Assembly: GCA_050015075.1 (NCBI GenBank)
Contig: JBEKCB010000007.1
Span: 64,001-128,000, forward strand
Origin: Candidatus Brocadiia bacterium
GTDB taxonomy: Bacteria; Planctomycetota; Brocadiia; CAIUPP01
Direction: 5' to 3'
DNA: 64,000 bases
Shown: positions 38,540-47,942 of the stretch, in pieces
How the letters are laid out: the number at the start of each line of letters is the position of its first letter
How positions within the stretch are numbered: the stretch's first letter is position 1
Translations under genes and position numbers: made by a program
The notes under the pieces: generated by a model
What the model was told of the DNA's origin: nothing
Seen by the model: only the letters and a program-made list of their open reading frames with translations
The model's database searches: none

Positions 38540-39065
38540 GTTCGCTCGAGTCCACTTCCGTCGGTTCGTACTGCGTGAAGCATCGCAACGTTTCCGGCAC
38601 GCCGATTTCTATGGGACATGATACCTGCTTCTGGAACTTGTTCTATGGCGCAGGCTCCATACCTCGAAAACCTCTCGCCTTCCGTGTGCACGCCTGTTGC
38701 TCCACGGACAGGACGGTAAACGCCCTCCCGACGCGAAAGCGCAAAAGTCGTGCCGCAGAGCGAATGAATCCATGACTTATCCTTACCGCCATAGACATCA
38801 GCCAGTTGAGGCGATCTTTCTCCAAGTCTCCTTAGGAAGGAGAAGGTTTGCATCGAACGCTAACAACTCATGGAGTGGAAGATATAAGTAAGGCAGGGTC
38901 TGGTGAGCGTCAATGGTTGTGGGGATAAGTTCCCTTGGAAGGTTATCCCTATGTCGCTTGCCCAATACTATTATGCGACAGCGCGGGGGAAATAGATATA
39001 GCCTGAAGAGGTTAGATCATGCGGATTTTAATCCTACCCCCCAAGACGGCCGCAAGGATGCATTG

Positions 39066-39719
39066 CTATAGTTTGGCAATTCCTGCTTTGATGGCGTAAC
39101 GGACGAGGTCGGTCTGTTTGTGGATGCCCAGTTTTGCCGCAAGATGGTTCCGGTGGGCGTGGACAGTGTTGTCGGACACCTCCAGCGCGGCGGCGACTTC
39201 TTTGTTGCTGTGGCCTTCGGCTATGAGTTGCAGCACTTTCCTTTCCTGCCCGGTGAGCGCCGAGGCGGGGCTGGCCTTCCGCTTCCCCTTCTTCCCTTTG
39301 AGAACGTCTTCAACGACGAAATGGGCGATCTTTGGACTGAGATAGTAGCGTCCTGCGTGGACCTCCCTCACGGCCTTGATCACGTCCGGGACGGCCATTT
39401 CCTTCGTCAAGTATCCCCGCGCGCCGGCCGCCAACGCCTCCTCCACCATGGGTTTCGTATCGTGAAGGCTCAGGATGATGACCTTTGTGGCCGGAGACCT
39501 TTTGACCAGTTCTTTAGCAGTCTCGATTCCGTTCATATTGGGCATGACGATATCGAGGATGGCGACGTCGGCCGGCCGGGTCTTGACTATCTCCAGGACT
39601 TCCTGGCCGTCCGAAGCCTCCCCGACGACCGCGATATCCTTTCCGCCGCTTTCAATCTTCAATCGCAGCCCCTCGCGAACCACCGGGTGATCATCGGCAA
39701 TGACAACGCGAATGCTCAT
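39066..39719 (-). CDS. NarL/LuxR-family response regulator
   Basis: ADDHPVVREG receiver; LT..E..VL.LIAEG.SNKEVA..L.VS..TV..H HTH. Confidence 0.95.
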   Translation of the reverse strand: MSIRVVIADDHPVVREGLRLKIESGGKDIAVVGEASDGQEVLEIVKTRPADVAILDIVMPNMNGIETAKELVKRSPATKVIILSLHDTKPMVEEALAAGARGYLTKEMAVPDVIKAVREVHAGRYYLSPKIAHFVVEDVLKGKKGKRKASPASALTGQERKVLQLIAEGHSNKEVAAALEVSDNTVHAHRNHLAAKLGIHKQTDLVRYAIKAGIAKL

Positions 39720-39974
39720 GGGCTGCTCCCTCCGCGGTGATCGCCTCCGCATTGTGCCTGGCAAGCTGTAGCGCATTGATCCCATTTTACATTGGGAGTG
39801 CGCTCACTCAAGGAAACTTTGTCGGTAGTCAAGAATACCTGCCAATATTGCCTCCCGCGAGCATTCCCGGTGGAATTCGTGGGCGCGTGATACGTCAATT
39901 GCCGCGCGTCTCGATCCTCCGAGCCGAGTCGGGAAATAGATCCACGCAGCTCTCTCGCGTTATGCCAATCTTGC

Positions 39975-40115
39975 TCGACATATCGCATCTTTGGATCAAC
40001 TCGAAGACGCTCGGCGTCGTTCAGATCCTCATAACCAGTACACCGCTCATAGACAGACTGCCGCAGCAGGGGAATCATCCCGTGTCGTATCTTGCTTCCA
40101 GGTCGAGTATCCTTG
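39975..40115 (-). mobile_element. IS1380-family transposase relic
   Basis: DTRPGSKIRHGMIPLLRQSVYERCTGYEDLNDAERLRVDPKMR matches the IS1380 N-terminal LLRQ..Y....GYED.NDA..LR.DP motif; the rest is absent. Confidence 0.75.
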
Positions 40116-40121
40116 GGATAC

Positions 40122-42113
40122 TCATCCGCCATCGTCGTCACTCCCTGCGCTTTCTCCATCTCCCGATGCGCCGTCAGCGCCGCAACTGAGCGGCAGGCTC
40201 ACGCGCAGCGTGGTTCCTTTCCCCCGCTTGGAATCAATCAGGCAGGCGCCCCCGGCGTAAGTCACCATCTCCTGTATCACACGAAGGCCCATGTGCGATG
40301 TTTGCCGCACCTGGTTTTCGGACGGATCGAATCCCGTTCCGTTGTCACGCACAGTCAGTCTGACTTCCTTTTTCAACGCCCTGAGGCTCACGTCCACTCG
40401 TTTCGCCTCACCGTGCGTGATGGCGTTCGTCAGCGCCTCCTGCGCAATGCGAAACAGAATTGTGGCAGTGTCTCCGTCCACTCGCCTTCGTCCCAGGGTC
40501 TCTCTGAAATGAATTCGGGTCTGCCCGCACTCTGTAATCTGAGAGAAGTGCTGTCGCAAGGCGGCGGGCAGCCCGAGGACATCGAGTTCGGGCGGCCGAA
40601 GTTGAATGGCCAACCCCCTCAGGTGGCCCACCGACTCGTCAAACAGCTCCCGGATCCGCTTCGTCCACTTGAGCGCTTCCTCACTTTTCCCGCAGCGGAG
40701 CCCCTCGTCAATCGCGTCAAGGTGGGCTGCAATCCCCACCGCCAGTGAACCCACATCGTGGTGCAAGGCGGACGACACCTGCCTCCTCTCATTCTCTCGC
40801 ACGACCAGAAGTTCCCGGGCCAGCCTCCGGGTTTTCTCCTCCGCCCGCTTGCGCTCGGTGATATCCAGAAACGCGCCGACCGCGCCGCGCACCTTGCCTT
40901 CCGCGTCGAACAAGGGAACGGCGTCACCCACGGTGTCCACCGAGGTGCCGTCCTCGAACGCCAGCGTCATCTCAAAGTTCTTCACCGCCTTCCCGGTGGC
41001 CGCGGCGAGCTGAACGGGCAGTTCTTTGGGCCGCAACTCGCGCCCGTTCTTCAGGGCGCGAAACGTCCTGGGTCGCTCGCCGGGCGGCGCGCTCTTGGAA
41101 GTGTTCGCATCGTGGGGGAGCCGTAACACGCGCAGGGCGGCGTCGGAGCTGGTCATGCGCCGGCAGGCGGGGTCGTGTGCGATGAAGATGAGGGCGGGCG
41201 TCGCTGCCAGCAACGCCGCGAGTTCATCCGCGCGGGCGCGAGCTGAAGCCTCGTTCTCGCGCAACTCCTCTTCCATCCGTACTCGTTCGGTGACGTCGCG
41301 GATCACCATGCTGGTACGCAGTTCCCCATGCCATCCGGTGAAGTGCGCCGAAGAGACTTCACCGGGAAATTTCGTTCCGTCCTTGCGCATCAGGGTCAGT
41401 TCGCCACGGAACCGGCCCGTGCGAGCGCGTTCTTCCAAGGCCGTCGCCATGCGCGGGTCCAAGCCGTCAACGACGCCGCTCTGCCCAACCTGCATCAACT
41501 CCTGCTCGGATCGGCCAAACATGCGGCAGGCCGCCTCGTTGGCGGCCAGAATGCGGCCATCCTGCGCCGTCAGCAGCACCGCGTCCATGCTGGAGGTCAC
41601 GAACGAACGGTAGCATCCCTCGCTCTCCCGCAGCGCCCCCTCAGCCCGCTTGCGATCGGTGATATCCTGGAGGACGCCCGAAAGAATGTTGAACTCGCCG
41701 GACGCGTCGCGGACCGGCATGCCCCGCGTGTGGATATATCTCAGTTCCCCATCGGGCCGCCGGATGCGAAACTCGGCATCGAGGGCCTGCCCGCTTGCAA
41801 GTGCCGCCTCGATCTCCTGGTTGAGGCGCACCCGATCCTCGGGATGAACCAGCGCGAGAAAGTCATCGAGCGGGGGCGCCGCGCTCCCAGCCGGCAGACC
41901 GAACACATCGCAGACACCCGCCGACCAGAATGTCTTGCCGGTCCTGAAGTCGCGTTCCCAATGGCCGAGATGGGCCATTTTCTCCGCGGCGCGATAGCTG
42001 GCTTCACTCGCCCACAGCTCTTCTTCCACTCGCTTCCGTTCGGTGATGTTCTGCCCTTGCGCGATGGCGGATGCCGGGGCTTTTCCGTCCGGAGAAGGAT
42101 TGGATTCTGTCAT
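40122..42113 (-). CDS. Cytoplasmic 3xPAS histidine kinase (HisKA_3, NarX/UhpB type)
   Basis: ERRQVSSALHHDVG, LRPPELDVLGL, FRIAQEALTN, DNGTGFD; likely partner of the downstream NarL. Confidence 0.92.
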   Translation of the reverse strand: MTESNPSPDGKAPASAIAQGQNITERKRVEEELWASEASYRAAEKMAHLGHWERDFRTGKTFWSAGVCDVFGLPAGSAAPPLDDFLALVHPEDRVRLNQEIEAALASGQALDAEFRIRRPDGELRYIHTRGMPVRDASGEFNILSGVLQDITDRKRAEGALRESEGCYRSFVTSSMDAVLLTAQDGRILAANEAACRMFGRSEQELMQVGQSGVVDGLDPRMATALEERARTGRFRGELTLMRKDGTKFPGEVSSAHFTGWHGELRTSMVIRDVTERVRMEEELRENEASARARADELAALLAATPALIFIAHDPACRRMTSSDAALRVLRLPHDANTSKSAPPGERPRTFRALKNGRELRPKELPVQLAAATGKAVKNFEMTLAFEDGTSVDTVGDAVPLFDAEGKVRGAVGAFLDITERKRAEEKTRRLARELLVVRENERRQVSSALHHDVGSLAVGIAAHLDAIDEGLRCGKSEEALKWTKRIRELFDESVGHLRGLAIQLRPPELDVLGLPAALRQHFSQITECGQTRIHFRETLGRRRVDGDTATILFRIAQEALTNAITHGEAKRVDVSLRALKKEVRLTVRDNGTGFDPSENQVRQTSHMGLRVIQEMVTYAGGACLIDSKRGKGTTLRVSLPLSCGADGASGDGESAGSDDDGG

Positions 42114-42363
42114 GGTGCGACTCCCTTGATCCCCGGCTCTCACGTCCCGGCCTTCGCGTCCCACCTGATCCATGCATCGGACAGTGCATCATCACGACAA
42201 CAGCGCTTCGTGATAATAATCGGACATATCTGTGCAAATCTGAGGCAAAATCATGGTCCGCCGCGGCAAGAACGCTGCCTGGGGATGGAATCCCGGAGAT
42301 TGGGATAGAGTCGGATGGAGTCACAAAGGAGAGCGCTGGGCATGTGGCGGCAGGTGCGGAAGG

Positions 42364-42399
42364 GCCCGTGAATCAAGGAGGGAACGCGAATTCACGGGC
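42364..42399 (-). terminator. Hairpin 3' of tRNA-Ser
   Basis: gcccgtgaat...attcacgggc inverted repeat. Confidence 0.55.
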
Positions 42400-42410
42400 A
42401 CAGAATCAAC

Positions 42411-42497
42411 GGCGGAGGGAGAGGGATTCGAACCCCCGGAGCCTTTCGACTCAGCGGTTTTCAAGACCGCCGCCTTAAACCACTCGGCCATCCCTCC
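42411..42497 (-). tRNA. tRNA-Ser(TGA)
   Basis: GGAGGGATGGCCGAGTGGTTTAAGGCGGCGGTCTTGAAAACCGC...GGTTCGAATCCCTCTCCCTCCGCC; long variable arm. Confidence 0.97.
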
Positions 42498-42502
42498 ACG
42501 AT

Positions 42503-42590
42503 CGAGTGCGGAGTGCGGAGTGTCGAGTGCGGAATGGAATCCGGTTCGGGCTTCGCCCGGACTCAGCGCGCTCCGCGCTCTGGACTCCTC
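42503..42590. repeat. REP-like heptamer array (GAGTGCG)n with degenerate inverted partner
   Basis: gagtgcggagtgcggagtgtcgagtgcggaat ... ctcagcgcgctccgcgctc. Confidence 0.6.
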
Positions 42591-42591
42591 G

Positions 42592-43047
42592 CTACTTCTC
42601 TTCCTCCTCGCCTTCCTCGTCGAGGTCTCTCGGCTCGCCGCCCAATTGCTCTTCGTCCTTGCTGACCTCCTCGAAGACTTTCTCCTCGACGAAGATCGGC
42701 GTGCCGAACTGGACGGAGATGGCGATGGCGTCGCTGGGCCGCGAGTCCACCTCCAGCGTGCGCCCGTTCTGCTCGAGGATGAGCGTGGCATAGAACGTGC
42801 GGTTGCGCATGTCGCTGACGATCGTGCGCTGGAGCGTTACGTTCAGGCCCTTGAGGATCGAGCAGATCAAGTCGTGCGTGAGCGGGCGCGGCGTCCGGTA
42901 CTCCTTGATGCCGCGGTCAATCGCCGTGGCTTCGTAGATGCCGATCAGGATGGGAAAGGCGCGCTGGCCCTGCTTTTCCTTGAGGACGATCACCTGCTGG
43001 TCGCTCCGCTCGTTGATGATGATCCGCGACAATTCCACTTCAACCAT
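42592..43047 (-). CDS. Bifunctional nuclease family protein (DUF151)
   Basis: FPILIG.YEA.AI, RPLTHDL, FYA.L, DSRPSDAIA. Confidence 0.93.
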   Translation of the reverse strand: MVEVELSRIIINERSDQQVIVLKEKQGQRAFPILIGIYEATAIDRGIKEYRTPRPLTHDLICSILKGLNVTLQRTIVSDMRNRTFYATLILEQNGRTLEVDSRPSDAIAISVQFGTPIFVEEKVFEEVSKDEEQLGGEPRDLDEEGEEEEK

Positions 43048-43232
43048 GATTTTCTCCGTCGCCTGGCCCGCGTTGGCCGCAGGCGGAAAAGGGAACGCGA
43101 CCGTCCGAGTCGCATTCTAGCACAAGCGCGCGGCGGGCGAAAGCGCGGGCGATTTGCCAAAAGGCGGCGCTTGCGCTATGCTGCGCGGCGCGGTGCGGCG
43201 AACGATTTTCGGGAGCGGGCTCGGAGGGCGTT

Positions 43233-43934
43233 TTGCATAGCGGCAGGGGACGGCTGATCGTTATCGAGGGTTCCGACGGGAGCGGCAAGGCGACGCAGAG
43301 CCGCGCGCTGGTCCGACGTCTGCGCGCCAGGGATGTCCCCGTCGCGCGCATCGCTTTTCCCGGCTACCGGCGCGGGTTCTTCGGCAGCATGGCCGGCGAG
43401 TACCTGCGGGGCGAGCTCGGCGTCGATGCGGACCCGCGCCTCGTTTCGCTGCTCTATGCCGGCGACCGATGGGAGGCGAAAGCGAAGATCGCGCGCTGGC
43501 TGGCCGAGGGCCGGGTGGTCGTCTGCGACCGCTATGTGGATTCGAACAAGGCGCACCAGGGCGCGCGGCTGCGAAGTGCTGCGTCGCGAGGAAGATTCCT
43601 CGACTGGGTGGACCGGCTGGAGTACGGGGTGTTCGGTCTTCCGAGGCCGGATTTCACGATCTTTCTTCACGTGCCACAACAGTTCGCGGACCGGCTGATT
43701 GCGCGCAAGGCGCCGCGCGCGTACCTGCGCGGGAAGCGGCGCGATATTCACGAGTCGGACCCCCGGCATCTGCGCGACGCCGAACGCATCTACCTGCAAC
43801 TGGCCTCGAGCCGTTCCGCGCGCCAGGGTGCGCTGATCAAGTGTACGGAGTCCGGCCGATTGCTCTCGAAGTCGCAGGTCGCGGACCGGGTCTGGCGCGC
43901 CATACTCCGCCGCGGATTGCTTTGTCGCCGCTGA
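43233..43934 (+). CDS. tmk: Thymidylate kinase
   Basis: IVIEGSDGSGKATQ, YAGDR, DRYVDSNKAHQG, LPRPD, DIHE. Confidence 0.9.
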   Translation: MHSGRGRLIVIEGSDGSGKATQSRALVRRLRARDVPVARIAFPGYRRGFFGSMAGEYLRGELGVDADPRLVSLLYAGDRWEAKAKIARWLAEGRVVVCDRYVDSNKAHQGARLRSAASRGRFLDWVDRLEYGVFGLPRPDFTIFLHVPQQFADRLIARKAPRAYLRGKRRDIHESDPRHLRDAERIYLQLASSRSARQGALIKCTESGRLLSKSQVADRVWRAILRRGLLCRR

Positions 43935-43954
43935 TAATAACGGAAAAAGTTTTT

Positions 43955-44143
43955 GCCACGGATTTCACGGATTTACACGGATTACCGGCGACGGACTGGA
44001 AAATGATTACAGCGGTTATTGCCCGTGTTCTTCTTCATCAGTATAATCTGTGACAAAATTCGGTCGTCGCCTTTCGGTAATCCGTGTAAATCCGTGAAAT
44101 CCGTGGCCAAGATTCCGTCGTAGTCGTTCGGTAATCCGTGGCG
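43955..44143. repeat. 33-bp perfect inverted repeat (43955-43987 / 44075-44107) plus partial third copy; REP/MITE-like
   Basis: gccacggatttcacggatttacacggattaccg and its reverse complement flank an 87-bp AT-richer spacer. Confidence 0.9.
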
Positions 44144-44169
44144 AACGTTCTTTTTCGCGAGGTGCGGCG

Positions 44170-45378
44170 ATGATGAACCGGCTGCTGTGGCTGGCGCAGT
44201 TGGGGTGCCTCTGCGCGCTGCTTTCCGGGTGTGCGCTAAGCGGCGGATCGGCCGAGCGCACGACCCGCGACATGCTGGACCCGGCGACTTCGCCCCGGCA
44301 AGAGATCCTGCTGCAAGAGCATTTGATCGCGCTCGCACCGGACTCCGACCGGTTCCTGGCCGAGGCGTTCTTCCCGATCGGGCTGTACGACGTGCCGGAG
44401 GAGGCGCTGCCGGAGGTCGCCGCGGCCGGGTTCAACACCGTGGTCAACGGCGGGAAGGATGCGTCGTACCTGGCGCGGGCGCAGGCGCTCGGGCTGCGCG
44501 TGATTCCTTACATTGACATGGCGCACATGGCAGCCGATGTCGCGAGCGCCGCCGGCCGGCGGACTCTGTTCGCGTGGTACCTGTTCGATGAGCCGGACCT
44601 CAACGCGCTTTCGGCGACGGCGTACTTGGAACTCGTGAAGCTCTTCCGCGCTGCCGAAAGCCGGCGGCCGCTTTTCCTGACGGTGCAGTCGCCGGACAAC
44701 TACGCGGATTACGCCGCCGGCTGCGACATCCTGGCGGTGGACCCCTATCCGATCCAGCACCTGGCGCCGGAGTTGAACGACCTGAGGCGCGTGCCGCAGT
44801 GGATCGAGGCCGCGCGCGCCGCGGCGGGTCCGAAGCCGGTCTGGGCGGTGATGCAGGCGTTCTTCGCCGCGCCGATGTGGCCGCGCAATCCGACTCCGCA
44901 GGAACTCCGCGCGATGGTCTTTATGGCGCTCAACCATCGCGCGAGCGGCATCGTCTTCTTCTCGTACAAGTCGGGCGACCGGCCGATCACGCAGCATGCG
45001 GACCTGTTCCCGGCGATCGAACGGCTGGTCGGAGAGATCAACGCGCTGCGCGGACCGCTGCTGGCGCCGCCGACGCCGGTGGACTTCAATGTGCAGGTGC
45101 TGGAGGAGCAGGTTCCGCCTGCGGCGCCGAAACCGCCGGAGGACCGCGCGCCGCTGGACTGCTCGCTGCGGACCTTCATGGACGCGCAGTTGTTCATCGC
45201 CGTGAACCCGGATTTCTGGAAGAAGACCACGCGGCTCTCGATGCCTCCGTCGGTCGTGGGAAAGTCCCTGGTAGAGATTTTCCCCGATTCGCCGACGCAA
45301 CCGCTGACCGTGCCGCGTACGCATCCGTTCGACATCACTTTCGAGCCATACCAGACGCGCATATTCTGGACTCGCTGA
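44170..45378 (+). CDS. Lipoprotein with glycoside-hydrolase-like TIM barrel
   Basis: Lipobox LSGC; FFPIGLY, AGFNTV, AWYLFDEPD, DILAVDPYP, PVWAVMQAF. Confidence 0.75.
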   Translation: MMNRLLWLAQLGCLCALLSGCALSGGSAERTTRDMLDPATSPRQEILLQEHLIALAPDSDRFLAEAFFPIGLYDVPEEALPEVAAAGFNTVVNGGKDASYLARAQALGLRVIPYIDMAHMAADVASAAGRRTLFAWYLFDEPDLNALSATAYLELVKLFRAAESRRPLFLTVQSPDNYADYAAGCDILAVDPYPIQHLAPELNDLRRVPQWIEAARAAAGPKPVWAVMQAFFAAPMWPRNPTPQELRAMVFMALNHRASGIVFFSYKSGDRPITQHADLFPAIERLVGEINALRGPLLAPPTPVDFNVQVLEEQVPPAAPKPPEDRAPLDCSLRTFMDAQLFIAVNPDFWKKTTRLSMPPSVVGKSLVEIFPDSPTQPLTVPRTHPFDITFEPYQTRIFWTR

Positions 45379-45962
45379 CCTTGCCGGGCGTCGCAAGCTG
45401 AGACGCGCAATATTCCGGCTTGCGACGTTTTGAACGGTTGGCGTTCCACTGCCGCGTCAGACATCTTCCGCACGCGATCTAACCGTTGACCTATCTACTC
45501 AATTTTCGGCGACTTGCGACACTGCTATTTCGGCGAGCATGGAATCAACGTCCAGCCGACAACATTGGCATAATGTTTGCTGTATGCCCAGTGCTATGTA
45601 GCAGGTTCTTGGAAACGGCGTGACGTCCGCCTGGGTTCCCCCATCCCAGGCATGACCCCGGCGTCACGCCGTCCTCCCTTTTCAGCGGCTTCCGGCGATC
45701 TGCCCTATCGCGCCAACGTCTCGTTCAGACGTTCGCGGACCGCGTCCTCGTCCTCGAATAGCCGTAACGAGCGGCCGAAAAACGACCGAGGCGAGCGCGC
45801 GCCCAACGCTCCGCGCAAAATTCCGGTTGCGGGACTTGACTCGCAGTGTCGGGCGGCGGTACATTCGAATAGAGTTGGGGCGGAGGCATGCGGGCGAATT
45901 TCAGCAACTGGGGTTGCCGGATTCCCGAATGAAGGGGCCCATTGATGGGAAGGATTCCTGCC

Positions 45963-46379
45963 ATGAGAAAGAGTTGGATTGTCGCCGCATTCTGCGCCGG
46001 CCTCGTCGTCCTCGCCGCCGGTTGCGCCTCGTCGTGGCACAAGGGACGCGTGCAGCCGATGCTCTCCGGCATTCTCGACGGCAAGACTTTTGTCGGCGAA
46101 GTCGGCGTCGCGGAGGCGCCCTCGACGCGCGACACGTTGACCTTCAAGGACGGCTACTTCCATTCGGCCGCCTGCGACCAGTTCCATTTCGGGAGCGGCG
46201 CGTACCTGGCCGTGGCGAGCGGCGACACGACGACGTTCCAGGCGATAACGCACAACCGGCAAGGCGCGGTGAATGTCTGGATGGGAACGGTCAAGGACAA
46301 CAAACTCGAAGGCACGGCGACGTTGTACGAGAAAGGCAAAGAGCCGTTCAAGCGCTGGGTGAGGGCAACGCTGCAGTAG
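45963..46379 (+). CDS. Lipoprotein, beta-rich, unknown function
   Basis: Signal peptide with LAAGC lipobox; LDGKTF.G, D.LTF.DG.F.S..C. Confidence 0.75.
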   Translation: MRKSWIVAAFCAGLVVLAAGCASSWHKGRVQPMLSGILDGKTFVGEVGVAEAPSTRDTLTFKDGYFHSAACDQFHFGSGAYLAVASGDTTTFQAITHNRQGAVNVWMGTVKDNKLEGTATLYEKGKEPFKRWVRATLQ

Positions 46380-46435
46380 CGTTGCAGTTCGGAGCGGGCT
46401 GAGGGACGTTTCATTTTTTTAGGGGGAAAGCGCAC

Positions 46436-46639
46436 ATGGCGAAGGGCAAGAAGCGGATGGTCAAAGCGCATGCGTTGGAGCAGTCGCACGCGGGTCACGC
46501 GAAGCACCTGTGCGACCTGGCGTCGCGCAAGCTGATGGACCAGGTGGCGGACCTGGCGAAGAACTCACAATACGTCTGCCACTTCTGCGGCCGCGCGGCG
46601 GCCAAACCGGGCAATCTCTGCGAGCCGATCAAAATCTAG
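46436..46639 (+). CDS. Small Cys/His-rich (Zn-finger-like) protein
   Basis: GGGGGA RBS; H..HLC...YVCHFCGR.A....LCEP. Confidence 0.8.
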   Translation: MAKGKKRMVKAHALEQSHAGHAKHLCDLASRKLMDQVADLAKNSQYVCHFCGRAAAKPGNLCEPIKI

Positions 46640-46653
46640 TCGGCCGGACCGAG

Positions 46654-46692
46654 CAGGGCGGAGTTGATTCAGCGACTCCGCCCTGTTTCTTC
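46654..46692 (+). terminator. Rho-independent terminator
   Basis: cagggcggagt...actccgccctg followed by tttctt. Confidence 0.8.
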
Positions 46693-46730
46693 CCAACCCC
46701 CAAAAGAGACGCCGCGCTCCGCAGCGCCCC

Positions 46731-46759
46731 TTGACAGTCCATCCGGCGTCCTCCATACT
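46731..46759 (+). promoter_or_regulatory. sigma70 promoter for the rhodanese gene
   Basis: TTGACA-17-CATACT. Confidence 0.75.
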
Positions 46760-46914
46760 TTTATTAAAGGAGTCGTCAAGGGCGTCATGGCTCCGGGGTG
46801 GAAGCGCAAAGACGACTCCACAAGTGATTGTATCACAAGACGTTAGCCTGAAAGACGTTCAATCGCACCACTCCGGACCGGACGCATGAATGTCGTTGAT
46901 AGGAGGGCACAACC

Positions 46915-47427
46915 ATGGTCACAGAAATTGCCATGCTGCCGGTGATCCTGATGGGAGTTTCGTTCTTTGGCAGGGGTAAATCCGGAAGCTCGGCGGGCGA
47001 CAGTTCGTGTTCGTCGTGCGGCTCCAGCGAAAAGAACCTGCCCGATGAGGCCAGGGAATCGGTGAAGACACTCCATGAGAACGGCATCGGATTCCTGACG
47101 GCGGATCAACTTCAACAGAAGTTGCTGTCCGGCGCGCCGCCGATCGTGGTGGACGTGCTGCCCGCGGACAACTACCGTGAGTCGCACATCAAAGGCTCCG
47201 TCAACATCCCGTATGACCAGGTCGAGCAGTGGGCCTCGCGCCTGATTCCGGATATGAACGCCGAGGTGGTCGTCTATTGCGCGAACTACAAATGCCCGGC
47301 CAGCATTGAGGCGGGCAAGACGCTGAAACGGCTCGGTTACACCAACGTGCATGACTTCAAGGGCGGAATGAAGGAGTGGCTGGACCGGAAGTACACGGTC
47401 GAAGGTCATAAGGCTAAAGCGGCGTAG
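46915..47427 (+). CDS. Rhodanese-like domain protein
   Basis: VVDV...Y..SHIKGSVNIP, VVYC...C.AS, LGYTNV....GGM.EW; AGGAGG RBS. Confidence 0.88.
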   Translation: MVTEIAMLPVILMGVSFFGRGKSGSSAGDSSCSSCGSSEKNLPDEARESVKTLHENGIGFLTADQLQQKLLSGAPPIVVDVLPADNYRESHIKGSVNIPYDQVEQWASRLIPDMNAEVVVYCANYKCPASIEAGKTLKRLGYTNVHDFKGGMKEWLDRKYTVEGHKAKAA

Positions 47428-47607
47428 CAATTCCATCTGCGCCGGTCGGTTGTGCGGAGCGCCGCCCATCCGGCCGGCGTCGTCGTTGTAAGAAGTCGGC
47501 TTGATTTGCCGGCCGAATCACGATAATCTGAGCCAAACCGGGCTCGTCCTGGGACCCTTCGGTATCGTTTCAGGTTTCGAGCCCTTTCTCTCTCGTCGAG
47601 GAGCACC

Positions 47608-47901
47608 ATGTCCCCGTTTGAAATTCTCATGCTCGTCTGTTTCGGCGCCGCGTGGCCCTTCTCCATCGTCAAGGCGTATCGTTCCCGCGAGAACGGCGGC
47701 AAGAGCCTGCTGTTCCTCATCGTGATCTTCATCGGCTACCTGGCGGGCACGGCGAACAAGCTGTGGTACAAGCCCGACGCGGTCGCCGGAGTCGTTTACC
47801 TTTATATTCTGAACGGCATCATGGTCGCGGTGGACATCGCGATCCATTTCCGCAACCAGCAGTTCGCCGCGCAGCCCGACAAGGATTTTCTGGGCGAATA
47901 A
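47608..47901 (+). CDS. Small 3-TM PQ-loop/SemiSWEET-like membrane protein
   Basis: CFG.AWP.SI.K.YRSR...GKS..FL; three hydrophobic helices; GAGGAG RBS. Confidence 0.7.
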   Translation: MSPFEILMLVCFGAAWPFSIVKAYRSRENGGKSLLFLIVIFIGYLAGTANKLWYKPDAVAGVVYLYILNGIMVAVDIAIHFRNQQFAAQPDKDFLGE

Positions 47902-47942
47902 CGCATCGTCGCCCGGTTCGCCGAGAGGATTAGGAGCAATCC

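Noticed and set aside
38536-38853. Small ORFs in the narL-gvp intergenic region
   Set aside because: Frames are not preserved consistently in the duplicate copy and show no motifs; treated as non-coding.
43955-44143. CRISPR array
   Set aside because: The repeats are inverted, only 2-3 copies, and there are no cas genes.
46822-46838. CRP/FNR/Rex box (AGTGA-N5-TCACA)
   Set aside because: Half-site spacing is one base short of consensus, and it lies inside the transcribed leader.
47440-47607. c-di-AMP (ydaO) riboswitch upstream of kdp
   Set aside because: The conserved GCUGAAUCC...GGAACC/GGGG core was not found and the leader is too short.
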